Position numbers and translations under genes: made by a program. DNA of 64,000 bases from Bdellovibrionota bacterium (GTDB lineage Bacteria > Bdellovibrionota > UBA2394), in assembly GCA_044351695.1 (NCBI GenBank), contig JBILFF010000001.1, positions 66,722 to 130,721 on the forward strand, written 5' to 3'. Below, in pieces: positions 22,964-34,204 of this stretch. The notes under the pieces were generated by a model. The model made no database searches. It was not told the DNA's origin and saw nothing but the letters and a program-made list of their open reading frames with translations. Position 1 is the first letter of the stretch; each line of letters opens with the position of its first letter.

Positions 22964-24275
22964 TCCTGAAACCATTGTTGCATTATCGACCCCCCCGGGC
23001 CGCTCGGCCCTTGCGATAGTTCGGGTCTCGGGGCCAGAGGCCTTTGCGGTGATTCAGGGGATGACTTCGATGCAGGATCTTCCGAAGGCCCGCTTTGCCG
23101 CCCTAAGGCACTTGAGGCGCAAGGATGGGGAGCTTCTGGACGAGTCCTTGGTGCTTTTGTTTCCGGGACCTGGGTCTTATACTGGCGAGGACTTGGTAGA
23201 AATTCATTGTCACGGAAACCCTCTCATTTATGAGGCTATTCTTGCTGAGATTGTTTCACGTGGAACGCGCCTAGCCCGACCCGGAGAGTTTAGTTTGCGG
23301 GCGGCCCTGAACCAGAAGCTCAGCCTTCACGAGCTTGAGGGCTTAGATTTGATACTGAACGGTCAGAGTGAGGCGGTGGTTCGGATGGGCCTCAGGGCAA
23401 AAATGGGAGATTTCTCTCAAAGAGCCCAAGAATTAAAAGAAAAAATACTCAATTTAAGTGCAGAGCTTGAGGCCCGACTCGATTTTCTTGAAGAAGATCT
23501 CGATGATGGCCTAAAAAGCAGGATTCAAGGCGAGCTTTTGGGGGTGGAGCGATCTCTCTCGGAGTGGTTAGCAAGCTATCAGAGATCAAGGCGCTTTATT
23601 GCTCGCCAATCGGCTTGCTTAGTGGGCAGGCCTAATGTGGGAAAGTCCTCTCTTTTTAATGCTCTGATTGGCGAAGAAAGGGCCTTGGTGCACGAGTTGG
23701 CGGGCACCACTCGAGACTACCTTGAGGTAGAGCTTCGCCTGGGCGATCGATATATTCTTTTATTCGATACCGCCGGTCTAAGAGAAGCACAGGACCCGAT
23801 CGAACAGATGGGAATTGAAAAGAGCAAAGAAGCCATTGCTCGATCGGATACGGTGATTTGGGTGTCTGATACAGGCGAGGAGCCGCCCGAGGCCCTGACT
23901 CTTGGGCTCGGAGATCGTCGCCTTATTAGGGTTCTATCGAAATCAGAAGGAGACAGGCCGGCTGCCCAGGGATTTTTGTCTGTATCTGCTAAAGAAGGTG
24001 TAGGGCTTGAGGCTCTAAAAGCGGCTATTTTGGGCCCCAAAGAGGATTCAATCGGAGATCTTTCTTATATTTTATCAGATCGAGAGGCAAAGGTCTTGGA
24101 GCGAGCTATGCAAATTGGCGCCCAAATGCGTGAGGGTTTAAGTTCTGGAGAGCCCCTTGAGTTGGGAGCAGAGAGGCTTAGGGCTTTGGCCGCCCAGCTA
24201 GAGGACTTGATTGGCAAAAAAGCACACGAAGACGTTTTGAAAAGAATTCTGGGGCGGTTCTGTATCGGAAAGTGA
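22953..24275 (+). CDS. mnmE: tRNA modification GTPase MnmE
   Basis: G domain GRPNVGKSSLFNAL, DTAGLRE, and C-terminal CIGK motif. Confidence 0.9.
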   Translation: MVDNPETIVALSTPPGRSALAIVRVSGPEAFAVIQGMTSMQDLPKARFAALRHLRRKDGELLDESLVLLFPGPGSYTGEDLVEIHCHGNPLIYEAILAEIVSRGTRLARPGEFSLRAALNQKLSLHELEGLDLILNGQSEAVVRMGLRAKMGDFSQRAQELKEKILNLSAELEARLDFLEEDLDDGLKSRIQGELLGVERSLSEWLASYQRSRRFIARQSACLVGRPNVGKSSLFNALIGEERALVHELAGTTRDYLEVELRLGDRYILLFDTAGLREAQDPIEQMGIEKSKEAIARSDTVIWVSDTGEEPPEALTLGLGDRRLIRVLSKSEGDRPAAQGFLSVSAKEGVGLEALKAAILGPKEDSIGDLSYILSDREAKVLERAMQIGAQMREGLSSGEPLELGAERLRALAAQLEDLIGKKAHEDVLKRILGRFCIGK

Positions 24276-24279
24276 GTAT

Positions 24280-24325
24280 TGTTTCACATGAAACATTTGA
24301 TCCATTCAATGTTTCATGTGAAACA
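24280..24325. promoter_or_regulatory. Pair of 16-bp sites (TGTTTCA-NN-TGAAACA) that are exact reverse complements of each other, separated by 14 bp, in the 61-bp mnmE-mnmG intergenic region
   Basis: Site 1 at 24280-24295 is tgtttcacatgaaaca. Site 2 at 24310-24325 is tgtttcatgtgaaaca, its exact reverse complement. Each site is itself a 7-2-7 palindrome. Confidence 0.5.
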
Positions 24326-24336
24326 GTGGCGGTTTA

Positions 24337-26229
24337 ATGGTGGATTTTGATGTCATTGTCGTTGGCTCAGGACATGCGGGAGTAGAAGCAGCCCTGGCCG
24401 CTGCTCGCATGGGGGCAAAGACTCTTTGTATGACCATGAGCGCCGACCAGATTGGCACCATGTCTTGTAATCCAGCGATAGGCGGATTAGGAAAATCGCA
24501 TTTGGCCAAAGAAATCGACCTTCTTGGTGGGTGGATGTGTAGGGCCGCGGACTTCTCGGCGATGCAATACCGGGTTTTGAACGAAAAAAAAGGCGCGGCC
24601 GTTCGCTCAACCCGGGTACAAACGGATAGACATCAGTATCGAGAGCATTTGAAGTGGGTTTTAGAGACTCAGCCGAATCTGCGACTTATGCAGGCCCAGG
24701 TTGAGAGCTTAATTTTAAGCTCGGGAAGGGTGTCGGGCGTTCAGACCACATTGGGAATTCGCGTTTCTGCTTCAAAAGTTATTATCACCACCGGAACCTT
24801 TATGAACGGGCGGGCTCATGTAGGAAAGCAAAGCTTTTCTTCGGGCCGAGCGGGTGAGCCGCCCTCTTTGGGTTTATCCGAGTTTTTGAAAGCACAGGGG
24901 GTTAGGCTGGGCAGATTCAAAACAGGAACTGTTCCGCGCGTGGATGGTCGAAGCATTGATTTTTCAAAGCTAGAGGCCCAGGGCTCGCATGAATTTGCTC
25001 GTCCCATGTCGTATTTCACTGTCGAGAAGCGAAAAGACCTCGAGCCTGCCTTTATTGGGCACACTAACCCGCGCACGCACGAGATTATTCGAGGCGATCT
25101 CGATAAATCGCCGCTCTACTCGGGCATTATCGAGAGTCGAGGCCCCCGCTATTGTCCGTCTGTAGAGGACAAGATAGTTCGTTTTGCAGACAAAGAGAGA
25201 CATCAGATCTTTGTGGAGCGAGAGGGCCGCAAAACCAATGAGCATTATGTGGGCGGGCTAAGCACGAGTCTTCCTTACGAAACTCAATTGGAGTTTCTTC
25301 GAAGCATCGTGGGCTTGGAGCGAGTTGAGATTGTGCGTCCGGGATACGCGATTGAGTACGATTATATAGACGCCACCCAACTAAACAGTCGGCTAGAAAT
25401 GAAAGAAATGCCGGGGCTCTACTTTGCGGGCCAGGTGAACGGGACTTCGGGTTATGAAGAAGCTGCGGCCCAGGGGATTGTGGCGGGGATCAATGCTGCA
25501 GCATCGAGTTTGGGCCACGAAGCTTTAGAGCTTGATCGATCAGAGTCTTATATTGGGATTCTTATCGACGACCTTACTCGCATCGTGGGCACCGAACCCT
25601 ATCGAATGATGACCTCACGAGCTGAACATCGCCTGGCTTTGCGTGAAGACAATGTTGACGAGCGCTTAATCTCTCACTCAAAGCGGCTACGCTTGCTGAG
25701 CGATCGGGAGCTTCAGAGGCTTGAGAGCAATTTAAAAAAGAAGGCCCAAATAAAAGAAGAGCTCGAATCTAAAAAGCTAAAACCAGACGCCGCAACTCAA
25801 GAGCTTTTTCGGTTATTAGGAGAGGGCGAGTTGAAAAGTCAGATAAGTCTTTTAGATTTTTCAAGAAGGCCGAACATTTCGGCTCAAGATTTGATGAGGC
25901 TCTTTTGTTTTGAATATCCTTCGGATGTGTTTGAGACGGTAATTACAGATATTAAATATGAGGGCTACATCAAGCAGGCCCACTCTCAACTGCGGCAGCT
26001 CGAAAAAATGAGAAGCTTAAAAATTCCCGAAGGGCTTCGTTATGAGTTTATCAAGGGCTTAAGTCGAGAGGCGATCGATCGGCTTAATCAATCTAAGCCC
26101 AAGGATCTGGCAGAGGCTTCTCGACTAGAAGGTGTGAGCTCTGCCGCGCTCACTGTTCTTTCTATTTTTCTTTCAAAGAGAGAATCGAGAAGTTCTTATA
26201 AAGATTCTTGCGCTGCAGAATCAGCATAA
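24337..26229 (+). CDS. mnmG: tRNA uridine 5-carboxymethylaminomethyl modification enzyme MnmG (GidA)
   Basis: FAD-binding N-terminus VVGSGHAGVEAALAAARMG and the conserved GidA body. 630 aa. Confidence 0.95.
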   Translation: MVDFDVIVVGSGHAGVEAALAAARMGAKTLCMTMSADQIGTMSCNPAIGGLGKSHLAKEIDLLGGWMCRAADFSAMQYRVLNEKKGAAVRSTRVQTDRHQYREHLKWVLETQPNLRLMQAQVESLILSSGRVSGVQTTLGIRVSASKVIITTGTFMNGRAHVGKQSFSSGRAGEPPSLGLSEFLKAQGVRLGRFKTGTVPRVDGRSIDFSKLEAQGSHEFARPMSYFTVEKRKDLEPAFIGHTNPRTHEIIRGDLDKSPLYSGIIESRGPRYCPSVEDKIVRFADKERHQIFVEREGRKTNEHYVGGLSTSLPYETQLEFLRSIVGLERVEIVRPGYAIEYDYIDATQLNSRLEMKEMPGLYFAGQVNGTSGYEEAAAQGIVAGINAAASSLGHEALELDRSESYIGILIDDLTRIVGTEPYRMMTSRAEHRLALREDNVDERLISHSKRLRLLSDRELQRLESNLKKKAQIKEELESKKLKPDAATQELFRLLGEGELKSQISLLDFSRRPNISAQDLMRLFCFEYPSDVFETVITDIKYEGYIKQAHSQLRQLEKMRSLKIPEGLRYEFIKGLSREAIDRLNQSKPKDLAEASRLEGVSSAALTVLSIFLSKRESRSSYKDSCAAESA

Positions 26230-26256
26230 GTTTTAATAGTACTGGGAGGGCTGCAA

Positions 26257-27486
26257 GTGGAGACAGATGCGCCGATGATAAGCGGACAGTTGAAGATTAT
26301 TTCTGTGGCGAACCAAAAAGGTGGCGTGGGCAAAACAACATCTTCAGTAAACTTTGCAGCTTCTCTTGCCGCGGCGGGCCATAAAACTCTTTTGATCGAT
26401 TTAGATCCTCAGGGCAATGCGAGTTCGGGTTTGGGGGTTGATCGTTATGCGTCTTCGACCATTTACGATGTCTTGATTGGCCGCACCGAGCTAACGCAAA
26501 GCATTCAAAAAAGTGTTTTGGACGACCTGTACGTTATTCCTGCTAATCAGAACTTAATTGGGGCTGAGGTAGAGTTAATTAATGCGATTTCTCGGGAGCG
26601 CAAGCTTAAGACCGCGCTCAAGAAGCTTCCCGAGGATTTTAGGTTCGTTGTTTTTGATTGTCCGCCCAGTTTGGGTCTTTTGACGATCAACGCTTTCACG
26701 GCAAGTCACAGCCTATTGATTCCAATTCAGTGCGAGTACTATGCGATGGAGGGTTTGGGGCAGTTGCTGAACACCTTTCAGATTGTGAAGGAAGACCTAA
26801 ATCAAGACCTGCGTATCGAAGGGATTGTTTTAACGATGTATGACCCCCGCAACAAATTGACGCACGAGGTCGTAAAAGAAATGCGAACGCATTTTCCAAA
26901 TGAGCTTTACGAGACCCATGTGCCCAGGAACGTCAAGCTTTCGGAGGCCCCCAGTTTTGGTAAGCCAGTCTTATTATATGATTGGGATTCGAAGGGCTGT
27001 CAGGCCTACTTGCAGTTGGCGGGAGAGTTTTTAAAAAGAAACTCTCTTCCGGAGCCAAACTGGAAGCTGATTCAGAAAAAATATCTGCCCCTTGTGGAAC
27101 AAGAGGCGGTTGAGGTGGTTGCCGCAGAGCAGGCGCCGACTGAGATGATTGCCCTAGAGCAGGCACCGACTGAGATGATTGCCTTAGAGCAGGCACCGGG
27201 TGAGCATGAGCAAATGGACCTCGCTCCGGTTGAGCTAGAACTCTCGAGCTTAGATCTATCTGGCGCGGCGCCCAATCTTTCTGAGGCGGGCGAGGATGGC
27301 CGGGCCTCTTTTATAACGCAGCAAGTCGAGTTTTTTGATAAGAGCCTTGACTTAAATGAAACGAAGGAGCCTGAATTGGTCGAATTGTCGTCTCAGGCCA
27401 ACGAAGGTCAGGTTTTAGAGCCCATAGACCAGGCTCCAGCCCTTCAGATAACAGAAGAGCTGTCGGCTCAAGAATTAAGGAACTAG
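26257..27486 (+). CDS. parA: Chromosome partitioning ATPase ParA/Soj with an approximately 140-aa acidic C-terminal extension containing tandem repeats
   Basis: Deviant Walker A NQKGGVGKTT. The ParA fold spans about 270 aa. It is followed by a Glu/Ala/Pro-rich tail (AEQAPTEMIALEQAPTEMIALEQAPGEHEQ…). Confidence 0.85.
   Translation: METDAPMISGQLKIISVANQKGGVGKTTSSVNFAASLAAAGHKTLLIDLDPQGNASSGLGVDRYASSTIYDVLIGRTELTQSIQKSVLDDLYVIPANQNLIGAEVELINAISRERKLKTALKKLPEDFRFVVFDCPPSLGLLTINAFTASHSLLIPIQCEYYAMEGLGQLLNTFQIVKEDLNQDLRIEGIVLTMYDPRNKLTHEVVKEMRTHFPNELYETHVPRNVKLSEAPSFGKPVLLYDWDSKGCQAYLQLAGEFLKRNSLPEPNWKLIQKKYLPLVEQEAVEVVAAEQAPTEMIALEQAPTEMIALEQAPGEHEQMDLAPVELELSSLDLSGAAPNLSEAGEDGRASFITQQVEFFDKSLDLNETKEPELVELSSQANEGQVLEPIDQAPALQITEELSAQELRN
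27122..27203 (+). repeat. 30-nt tandem repeat, about 2.6 copies, inside the parA 3' extension
   Basis: gagcaggc(g/a)ccgactgagatgattgcc(c/t)tag repeated at 27125, 27155 and partially at 27185. It encodes EQAPTEMIAL repeats. Confidence 0.8.
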
Positions 27487-27504
27487 TTTTCGGCGGAGGA
27501 AATT

Positions 27505-28425
27505 ATGGAAACAACACAGGGGACAGGAAATCAGCAAGCAAATCGGAGCGTTTTGGGTCGAGGTATTGGCAGTCTTTTGCCCGAGACCAATAAGCGCGGC
27601 TATATTTTGTGTGCCGTAGGAGAGCTCTATCCAAACCCCGCGCAACCGCGGAAACATTTTGATCCTGCCAAGCTCGATGAGCTCGCACAAAGTATTCGCG
27701 AAAAGGGTGTCCTACAGCCGATTTTGGCCAAAAAGACTGAGCGCGGGTACATGATTATTGCGGGAGAGCGTCGCTGGAGAGCTTCTCAAATCGCGGGCAA
27801 GAAAGAGGTGCCCGTCATTATTAAAGAACTTTCTGATCATGAAATCCTAGAGCTGGCGCTCATCGAGAATATTCAGAGAGAGGATCTTAACCCGATTGAG
27901 GAGGCTGAATCCTATCAGCGTCTCATTATTGATCTTGGTCTCACTCAGGATGAAATCTCCAAGCGGGTCGGAAAGGATCGATCCACGATTGCCAACGCGC
28001 TTCGGCTTCTAAAGCTTTCTAAAGAGGTTCGTGAGAAAATTTCGTCTGGGGAGCTCAGTGTTGGCCATGCGCGCTGTCTGATTACGCTGGAAGATAAGAA
28101 GGTTCAGAATCAAATCATGGAGGAGATTCTGACGAAGCAGTATTCGGTGCGCCAGGTCGAAGCCCTGGTAAAGCGGTTCCGCGGAGCCGGCGCTTCGGAC
28201 GAGCCCGGCGCCGAGGGCGCAGAAACCAGCATCGAAACCGAGCTGGCCGGGTATGGAGAAATCACGAATTCCTTGCGCAAGCTCTTGGACACCAAAGTGG
28301 AGATCCGGTCTCAAAAGGCGGGACGGGGCCAGCTCGTTCTTCATTTTTTGACGCCTGCCGACTTAAACAAGATTCTTGGTAGACTAGGCTATGGCAGCGA
28401 TCGGCAAGAAGATGCAACAGCCTGA
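27505..28425 (+). CDS. parB: Chromosome partitioning protein ParB/Spo0J
   Basis: ParB box …IIAGERRWRAS… and helix-turn-helix …STIANALRLLKL…. Confidence 0.9.
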   Translation: METTQGTGNQQANRSVLGRGIGSLLPETNKRGYILCAVGELYPNPAQPRKHFDPAKLDELAQSIREKGVLQPILAKKTERGYMIIAGERRWRASQIAGKKEVPVIIKELSDHEILELALIENIQREDLNPIEEAESYQRLIIDLGLTQDEISKRVGKDRSTIANALRLLKLSKEVREKISSGELSVGHARCLITLEDKKVQNQIMEEILTKQYSVRQVEALVKRFRGAGASDEPGAEGAETSIETELAGYGEITNSLRKLLDTKVEIRSQKAGRGQLVLHFLTPADLNKILGRLGYGSDRQEDATA

Positions 28426-28785
28426 AACAATCACCCTCCTCGATAAGGGATGTGAGTTTCAAGGAAAGCTTTCCTTTGAGGGTGTGGTTCGTATTGATGG
28501 GGGCTTTGAGGGAGAAATTTTTTCTCAAGACCACCTCATTATTGGAGAAGGTGCTCGGGTTGAGGCCACAATCCATGTGGGCCGACTTGAGGTTGGCGGC
28601 TTTTTTAAGGGGACTCTACGGGCCGCATTGAGGGGCATATTCAGGCAAAAGATATTGAGGCTCATCATGGAGCTGTGATCGATGGCCAGCTGGACATGAG
28701 TGCGCTCCGGCAGACGAGTATAGACGCTCAGTCGATGAACTCTGCCCTCAGTGTGCTGACCGCGGAAGTCCGTTCTCACAGCTAA
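28391..28785 (+). pseudogene. Bactofilin (DUF583) gene interrupted by a -1 frameshift at a GGGG run near 28609-28612. This is either a sequencing error or a genuinely disrupted gene
   Basis: Frame 1 encodes …GEGARVEATIHVGRLEVGGFFKG. The frame offset by one nucleotide continues DSTGRIEGHIQAKDIEAHHGAVIDGQLDM… to the stop at 28783-28785. Both halves are bactofilin beta-helix repeats. A fifth G would restore one ORF of about 130 aa. Confidence 0.6.
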
Positions 28786-28859
28786 AATCCGCTCAAACGC
28801 TTAGTTGAATTCTTTGACGGCAGCCCCACGTATCCGTTAAGTAGGGGAATCGTCATTCT

Positions 28860-29300
28860 ATGGATTTAAGTATAAAACCTTTAAACCTTTTGTTGCACCT
28901 GGGTCTCTACATCTCGGTGCTTTTAGTGATGAAATTTCTTTATGTGGACCCTGTTTTGCGTCTTCTGCGAAAACGTGAAGCGCTCACAGAGGGTCGCACA
29001 AAGTCCTCGCAAGAAATGCAGCTCAAGATTGCGGAGTTGCAATCGCAGTATGATACGCAGATATCAAGCGTGAAGGCAGAGCTTGAGCTTCGCCGATCAG
29101 GCGAGCTTCGCTCCGCCCAAAAAGAAGTTGGCGAGAAGGTGAAGCGAGCTCAAAAAGAGTTAGATTTGAAACTTCAAGCAAAGCAGGCCCAGCTTGAGGC
29201 GATGGCGAGTGATCTTAAGAAACAAATTCCTGTCTTGGGTGATCAGGTGGGGCGGGAAATGGCCGAAGCTATTATGAGTGGAAGGGTCGTGAGATCATGA
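28860..29300 (+). CDS. atpF: ATP synthase F0 subunit b' (b-type stator subunit)
   Basis: Single N-terminal TM, then a long coiled-coil. First of two b-type genes before atpH. Confidence 0.7.
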   Translation: MDLSIKPLNLLLHLGLYISVLLVMKFLYVDPVLRLLRKREALTEGRTKSSQEMQLKIAELQSQYDTQISSVKAELELRRSGELRSAQKEVGEKVKRAQKELDLKLQAKQAQLEAMASDLKKQIPVLGDQVGREMAEAIMSGRVVRS

Positions 29301-29797
29301 GCCTTTTGTTTAAAGGGATCAATATTGCCATTCTTCTGTTGATCCTCTTTTGGTTTTTAAAGAAAAAGATGGAAACCTACTTTCAACAGCAGCGTGACGA
29401 GCTTGATGGTCATATGAGGCGCGCCGCTGCAGAGTTAGAGAAGATCGAACAAGACTATCAGCAAGTATCAGACAAAATGGCGGGTCTCGACGCCCAGCTT
29501 TCTGAAATGCAAAAACAGAGTGAAGAGTCGATTCAAAAAGATGTGCAGCGACTCAAGAAGGATGCCGACGCCCTCATTCAAAAAATGTCGATGGAGGCAG
29601 AGCAGCGAATGGATAATGAGCTTGGAAAAGCGAAAGCTGAGTTCACGAACGAGCTCATTGATGCCGCTCTCGCTGGAGCGCGTGCTGAGCTTAACAGCAA
29701 GATGTCAAAGATGGACGAGTCTTGGACGGTCAAAATGGTTTCAGATGGAATGAGCGCTGAAAAAGGATCAAGAGAGAGGGCGAACTATGCCTCGTAA
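29297..29797 (+). CDS. atpF: ATP synthase F0 subunit b
   Basis: N-terminal TM plus coiled-coil. Overlaps the previous gene by 4 nt. Confidence 0.75.
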   Translation: MSLLFKGINIAILLLILFWFLKKKMETYFQQQRDELDGHMRRAAAELEKIEQDYQQVSDKMAGLDAQLSEMQKQSEESIQKDVQRLKKDADALIQKMSMEAEQRMDNELGKAKAEFTNELIDAALAGARAELNSKMSKMDESWTVKMVSDGMSAEKGSRERANYAS

Positions 29798-30332
29798 TTC
29801 CGAAGCAGCTCGTCGCTATGCCCGAGCTTTGTATCAGCTCAGCGAGTCCGGCGATCATGGCTCTCGCCCTCAGCAGGTAGTGCAGGAGCTTCGAGCTTTT
29901 GAGCAGGCCTTCACCAAGACCGCAGAGGTTCGGGTGTTTTTAGAATCCCCCATTGTTCAGGTCGCAGAGAAGAGGGAGGCGCTACAGGCGCTTGAGCCGA
30001 GCCTTCCAGCGGCGACAAGATTTCTGATTGTTTTGATGGAGGCTGGTCGCATTTCTCTAATCAAAGAGGTTCGTCGTGAATTCGAATTGCTGATGGAGCA
30101 TGCGTCTGGAGAGGTTTCGGTCACGCTAGAAACCGCGCGCAGCTTTTCAGAGAGAGGGATCGAAGAGATCAAAAGACTCTTAGAGTCTGAGTGGAACAAG
30201 AAAGTGAAGATTGAGCCGGTAGTGAATCCCGAACTTATTGGTGGGTTTGTGGCAAGCTCGGCCGGAAAAAGTTTAAACGCGAGCGCGTTGGGGCAGTTGG
30301 AGCTCCTCAGCGAAAAGCTTGCGTCTGTGTAG
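29787..30332 (+). CDS. atpH: ATP synthase F1 delta subunit
   Basis: OSCP-family size and position. Conserved C-terminal …ELIGGFV…. Confidence 0.8.
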   Translation: MPRNSEAARRYARALYQLSESGDHGSRPQQVVQELRAFEQAFTKTAEVRVFLESPIVQVAEKREALQALEPSLPAATRFLIVLMEAGRISLIKEVRREFELLMEHASGEVSVTLETARSFSERGIEEIKRLLESEWNKKVKIEPVVNPELIGGFVASSAGKSLNASALGQLELLSEKLASV

Positions 30333-30350
30333 ATTAAGGAGAAGCAGCTC

Positions 30351-31871
30351 ATGTCAGTTCGCGCAGAAGAAGTGAGTGAAATTTTAAAGTCAAAGATTAG
30401 AAAGTTCGAGCGTGTCCTTGAGGCCAAAGACTCTGGAACAGTCATCAGTGCCAGTGATGGGATTGCGAGAATTTACGGGCTTGATTCGGCCATCGCCGGT
30501 GAGTTGGTTGAGTTTCCCGGTGGAATTCGAGGTTTGGTTTTGAATCTCGAGTCTTCAGAGGTGGGCGTGGCGATTTTGGGCCGCTACGAGAAAATTAAAG
30601 AGGGCGACACGGTAAAGCGAACGGGTGAAATTGCTTCGGTTCCTGTGGGCGAGGCGCTTTTGGGCCGCGTCGTTGATGCTCTAGGAAATCCTATTGATGG
30701 GAAGGGCCCGATCGATACGAAGCATCGCCGCCCAATTGAAATGAAGGCGCCGGGAATTGTTCCTCGGCAATCGGTGAAAGAGCCCCTTCAAACGGGTATC
30801 AAGGCTATCGATGGAATGATTCCGATTGGCCGTGGTCAGAGGGAGTTGATCATTGGGGATCGTCAAACCGGCAAGACGGCTATCGCGATCGATACGATCA
30901 TTAATCAAAAAGGCCAGGATGTTCATTGCTTCTATGTGGCGATCGGCCAAAAGCAATCTTCTGTGGCACAGGTTGTCTCAAAGCTCGATCGTGCCGGAGC
31001 GATGGAGTACACTACAGTTATTACGGCATCTGCAAATGAGCCTGCCCCTCTTCAGTTTTTGGCTCCATACGCTGGATGCGCGATGGCTGAATATTTTCGA
31101 GACACCAAGAGACATGCTTTGATTGTCTATGACGATCTTTCAAAACAAGCTGTGGCCTATCGTCAGCTTTCGTTGCTTTTGAGACGACCTCCGGGTCGAG
31201 AGGCTTATCCTGGAGATGTTTTTTACGTACATAGCCGACTCTTGGAGCGGGCGTGCAAAAGAAACGACGCTACCGGTGGCGGCTCGCTCACGGCTCTTCC
31301 TATTATTGAAACTCAGGCGGGAGATGTTTCTGCTTATGTTCCGACGAATGTGATTTCAATCACGGATGGGCAGATCTTTTTAGAGAGCGACCTTTTTTAC
31401 TCGGGCGTTCGACCCGCAATCAACGTAGGAATTTCGGTTTCTCGAGTGGGCGGCTCCGCTCAGATCAAGGCGATGAAGTCTGTTGCGGGTAGCTTGCGAC
31501 TGAATTTAGCACAATACCGAGAGCTGGAGTCCTTTGCGCAGTTTGGAAGTGATTTGGATGCAGCGACTCAGCAGCAGCTGACGCGAGGAAGCCGATTAGT
31601 TGAGCTGCTCAAGCAGGGCCAGTACCAGCCGCTGTCTGTAGAAAAGCAGGTCATCTCGATTTACATGGGAGTCAGTGGATTCCTCGATGACATCCAAGTC
31701 AGTGATGTTCGTCGATTTGAGTCGGAGTTTTTAGGATATCTCACGAATCATCATCAAGGAATTCTAGAAGAGATCCGATTGAAAAAGGTGATCGATGATA
31801 ACCATAAGGCCCAGCTCAACCAGATCATCAAAGATTTTAAAGCCAATCAGTTCGTGGGGACTAAAAAGTAG
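30351..31871 (+). CDS. atpA: ATP synthase F1 alpha subunit
   Basis: GDRQTGKT P-loop and the canonical alpha sequence. 506 aa. Confidence 0.97.
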   Translation: MSVRAEEVSEILKSKIRKFERVLEAKDSGTVISASDGIARIYGLDSAIAGELVEFPGGIRGLVLNLESSEVGVAILGRYEKIKEGDTVKRTGEIASVPVGEALLGRVVDALGNPIDGKGPIDTKHRRPIEMKAPGIVPRQSVKEPLQTGIKAIDGMIPIGRGQRELIIGDRQTGKTAIAIDTIINQKGQDVHCFYVAIGQKQSSVAQVVSKLDRAGAMEYTTVITASANEPAPLQFLAPYAGCAMAEYFRDTKRHALIVYDDLSKQAVAYRQLSLLLRRPPGREAYPGDVFYVHSRLLERACKRNDATGGGSLTALPIIETQAGDVSAYVPTNVISITDGQIFLESDLFYSGVRPAINVGISVSRVGGSAQIKAMKSVAGSLRLNLAQYRELESFAQFGSDLDAATQQQLTRGSRLVELLKQGQYQPLSVEKQVISIYMGVSGFLDDIQVSDVRRFESEFLGYLTNHHQGILEEIRLKKVIDDNHKAQLNQIIKDFKANQFVGTKK

Positions 31872-31876
31872 AGCTT

Positions 31877-32740
31877 ATGCCTTCTTTAAAGCAAATTCGA
31901 AAACGGATCACGAGCGTTAAGAATACGCGAAAGATCACGAAGGCGATGAAGATGGTCTCTGCGGCCAAGCTGCGTCGGGCAACTGAAAAAGCAGAGTCGT
32001 CGCGACCATATGAGGCCGAGCTTTTAAGGATCTGCTCGACGGTGTTGAAGGATCTAGAGTGGCACTCGCCTCTCTCGGAAAATCGTGAATCTAAAAAAGT
32101 GGTCCTCGTTTTGGTGTCCACGGATCGCGGATTGTGCGGGAGCCTTAACACCAACCTATTTAAGGCCGTGAGTCGCTATGTTGAAGCTCACCCACAGGTG
32201 GATTTTGAGGCGGTATGTTTTGGAAAAAAGGCTCGGATATTTTGCAACAAGAGAGGAATTAAGATCCGAGAAGCGCATATCGATCTTCTGCGGAACGGAA
32301 GATACGCACTCTTCGAATCGGTGGCGCAAAAGCTGAGAGACGCGTTTCTGAACAAACAAATCGATCGAGTTGAGCTTTTCTTTATGCAGTTTAGATCGGC
32401 GCTGATTCAGATGCCCATTCGCAGCACATGGCTTCCTTTTGAGCTGCCGACCGATGTGGAGGCGCTGGAAGGGGCGAGTAGCTATTTGTTTGAGCCCAAG
32501 GGGGCAGAGCTTTTGGATCGCCTAGTTCCTTTGCTGATTAATTTTAAACTATATCGAGCTTATTTGGAGTCTGTGGCTTCGGAGCACGGGGCGCGCATGA
32601 CAGCGATGGATGCGGCCTCCAACAACTGCCGAGACATGATCTCGAGACTGACCTTGCAGATGAACCGTGCGCGACAAGCAGCGATCACCAAAGAGCTAAT
32701 GGAGATTATTGGTGGAGCAGAGGCGATCTCTGCGGCCTAA
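31877..32740 (+). CDS. atpG: ATP synthase F1 gamma subunit
   Basis: MPSLKQIRKRITSVKNT…KITKAMKMVSAAKLRRA N-terminus and conserved C-terminus. Confidence 0.95.
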   Translation: MPSLKQIRKRITSVKNTRKITKAMKMVSAAKLRRATEKAESSRPYEAELLRICSTVLKDLEWHSPLSENRESKKVVLVLVSTDRGLCGSLNTNLFKAVSRYVEAHPQVDFEAVCFGKKARIFCNKRGIKIREAHIDLLRNGRYALFESVAQKLRDAFLNKQIDRVELFFMQFRSALIQMPIRSTWLPFELPTDVEALEGASSYLFEPKGAELLDRLVPLLINFKLYRAYLESVASEHGARMTAMDAASNNCRDMISRLTLQMNRARQAAITKELMEIIGGAEAISAA

Positions 32741-34203
<1,463 letters not shown>

Positions 34204-34204
<1 letters not shown>

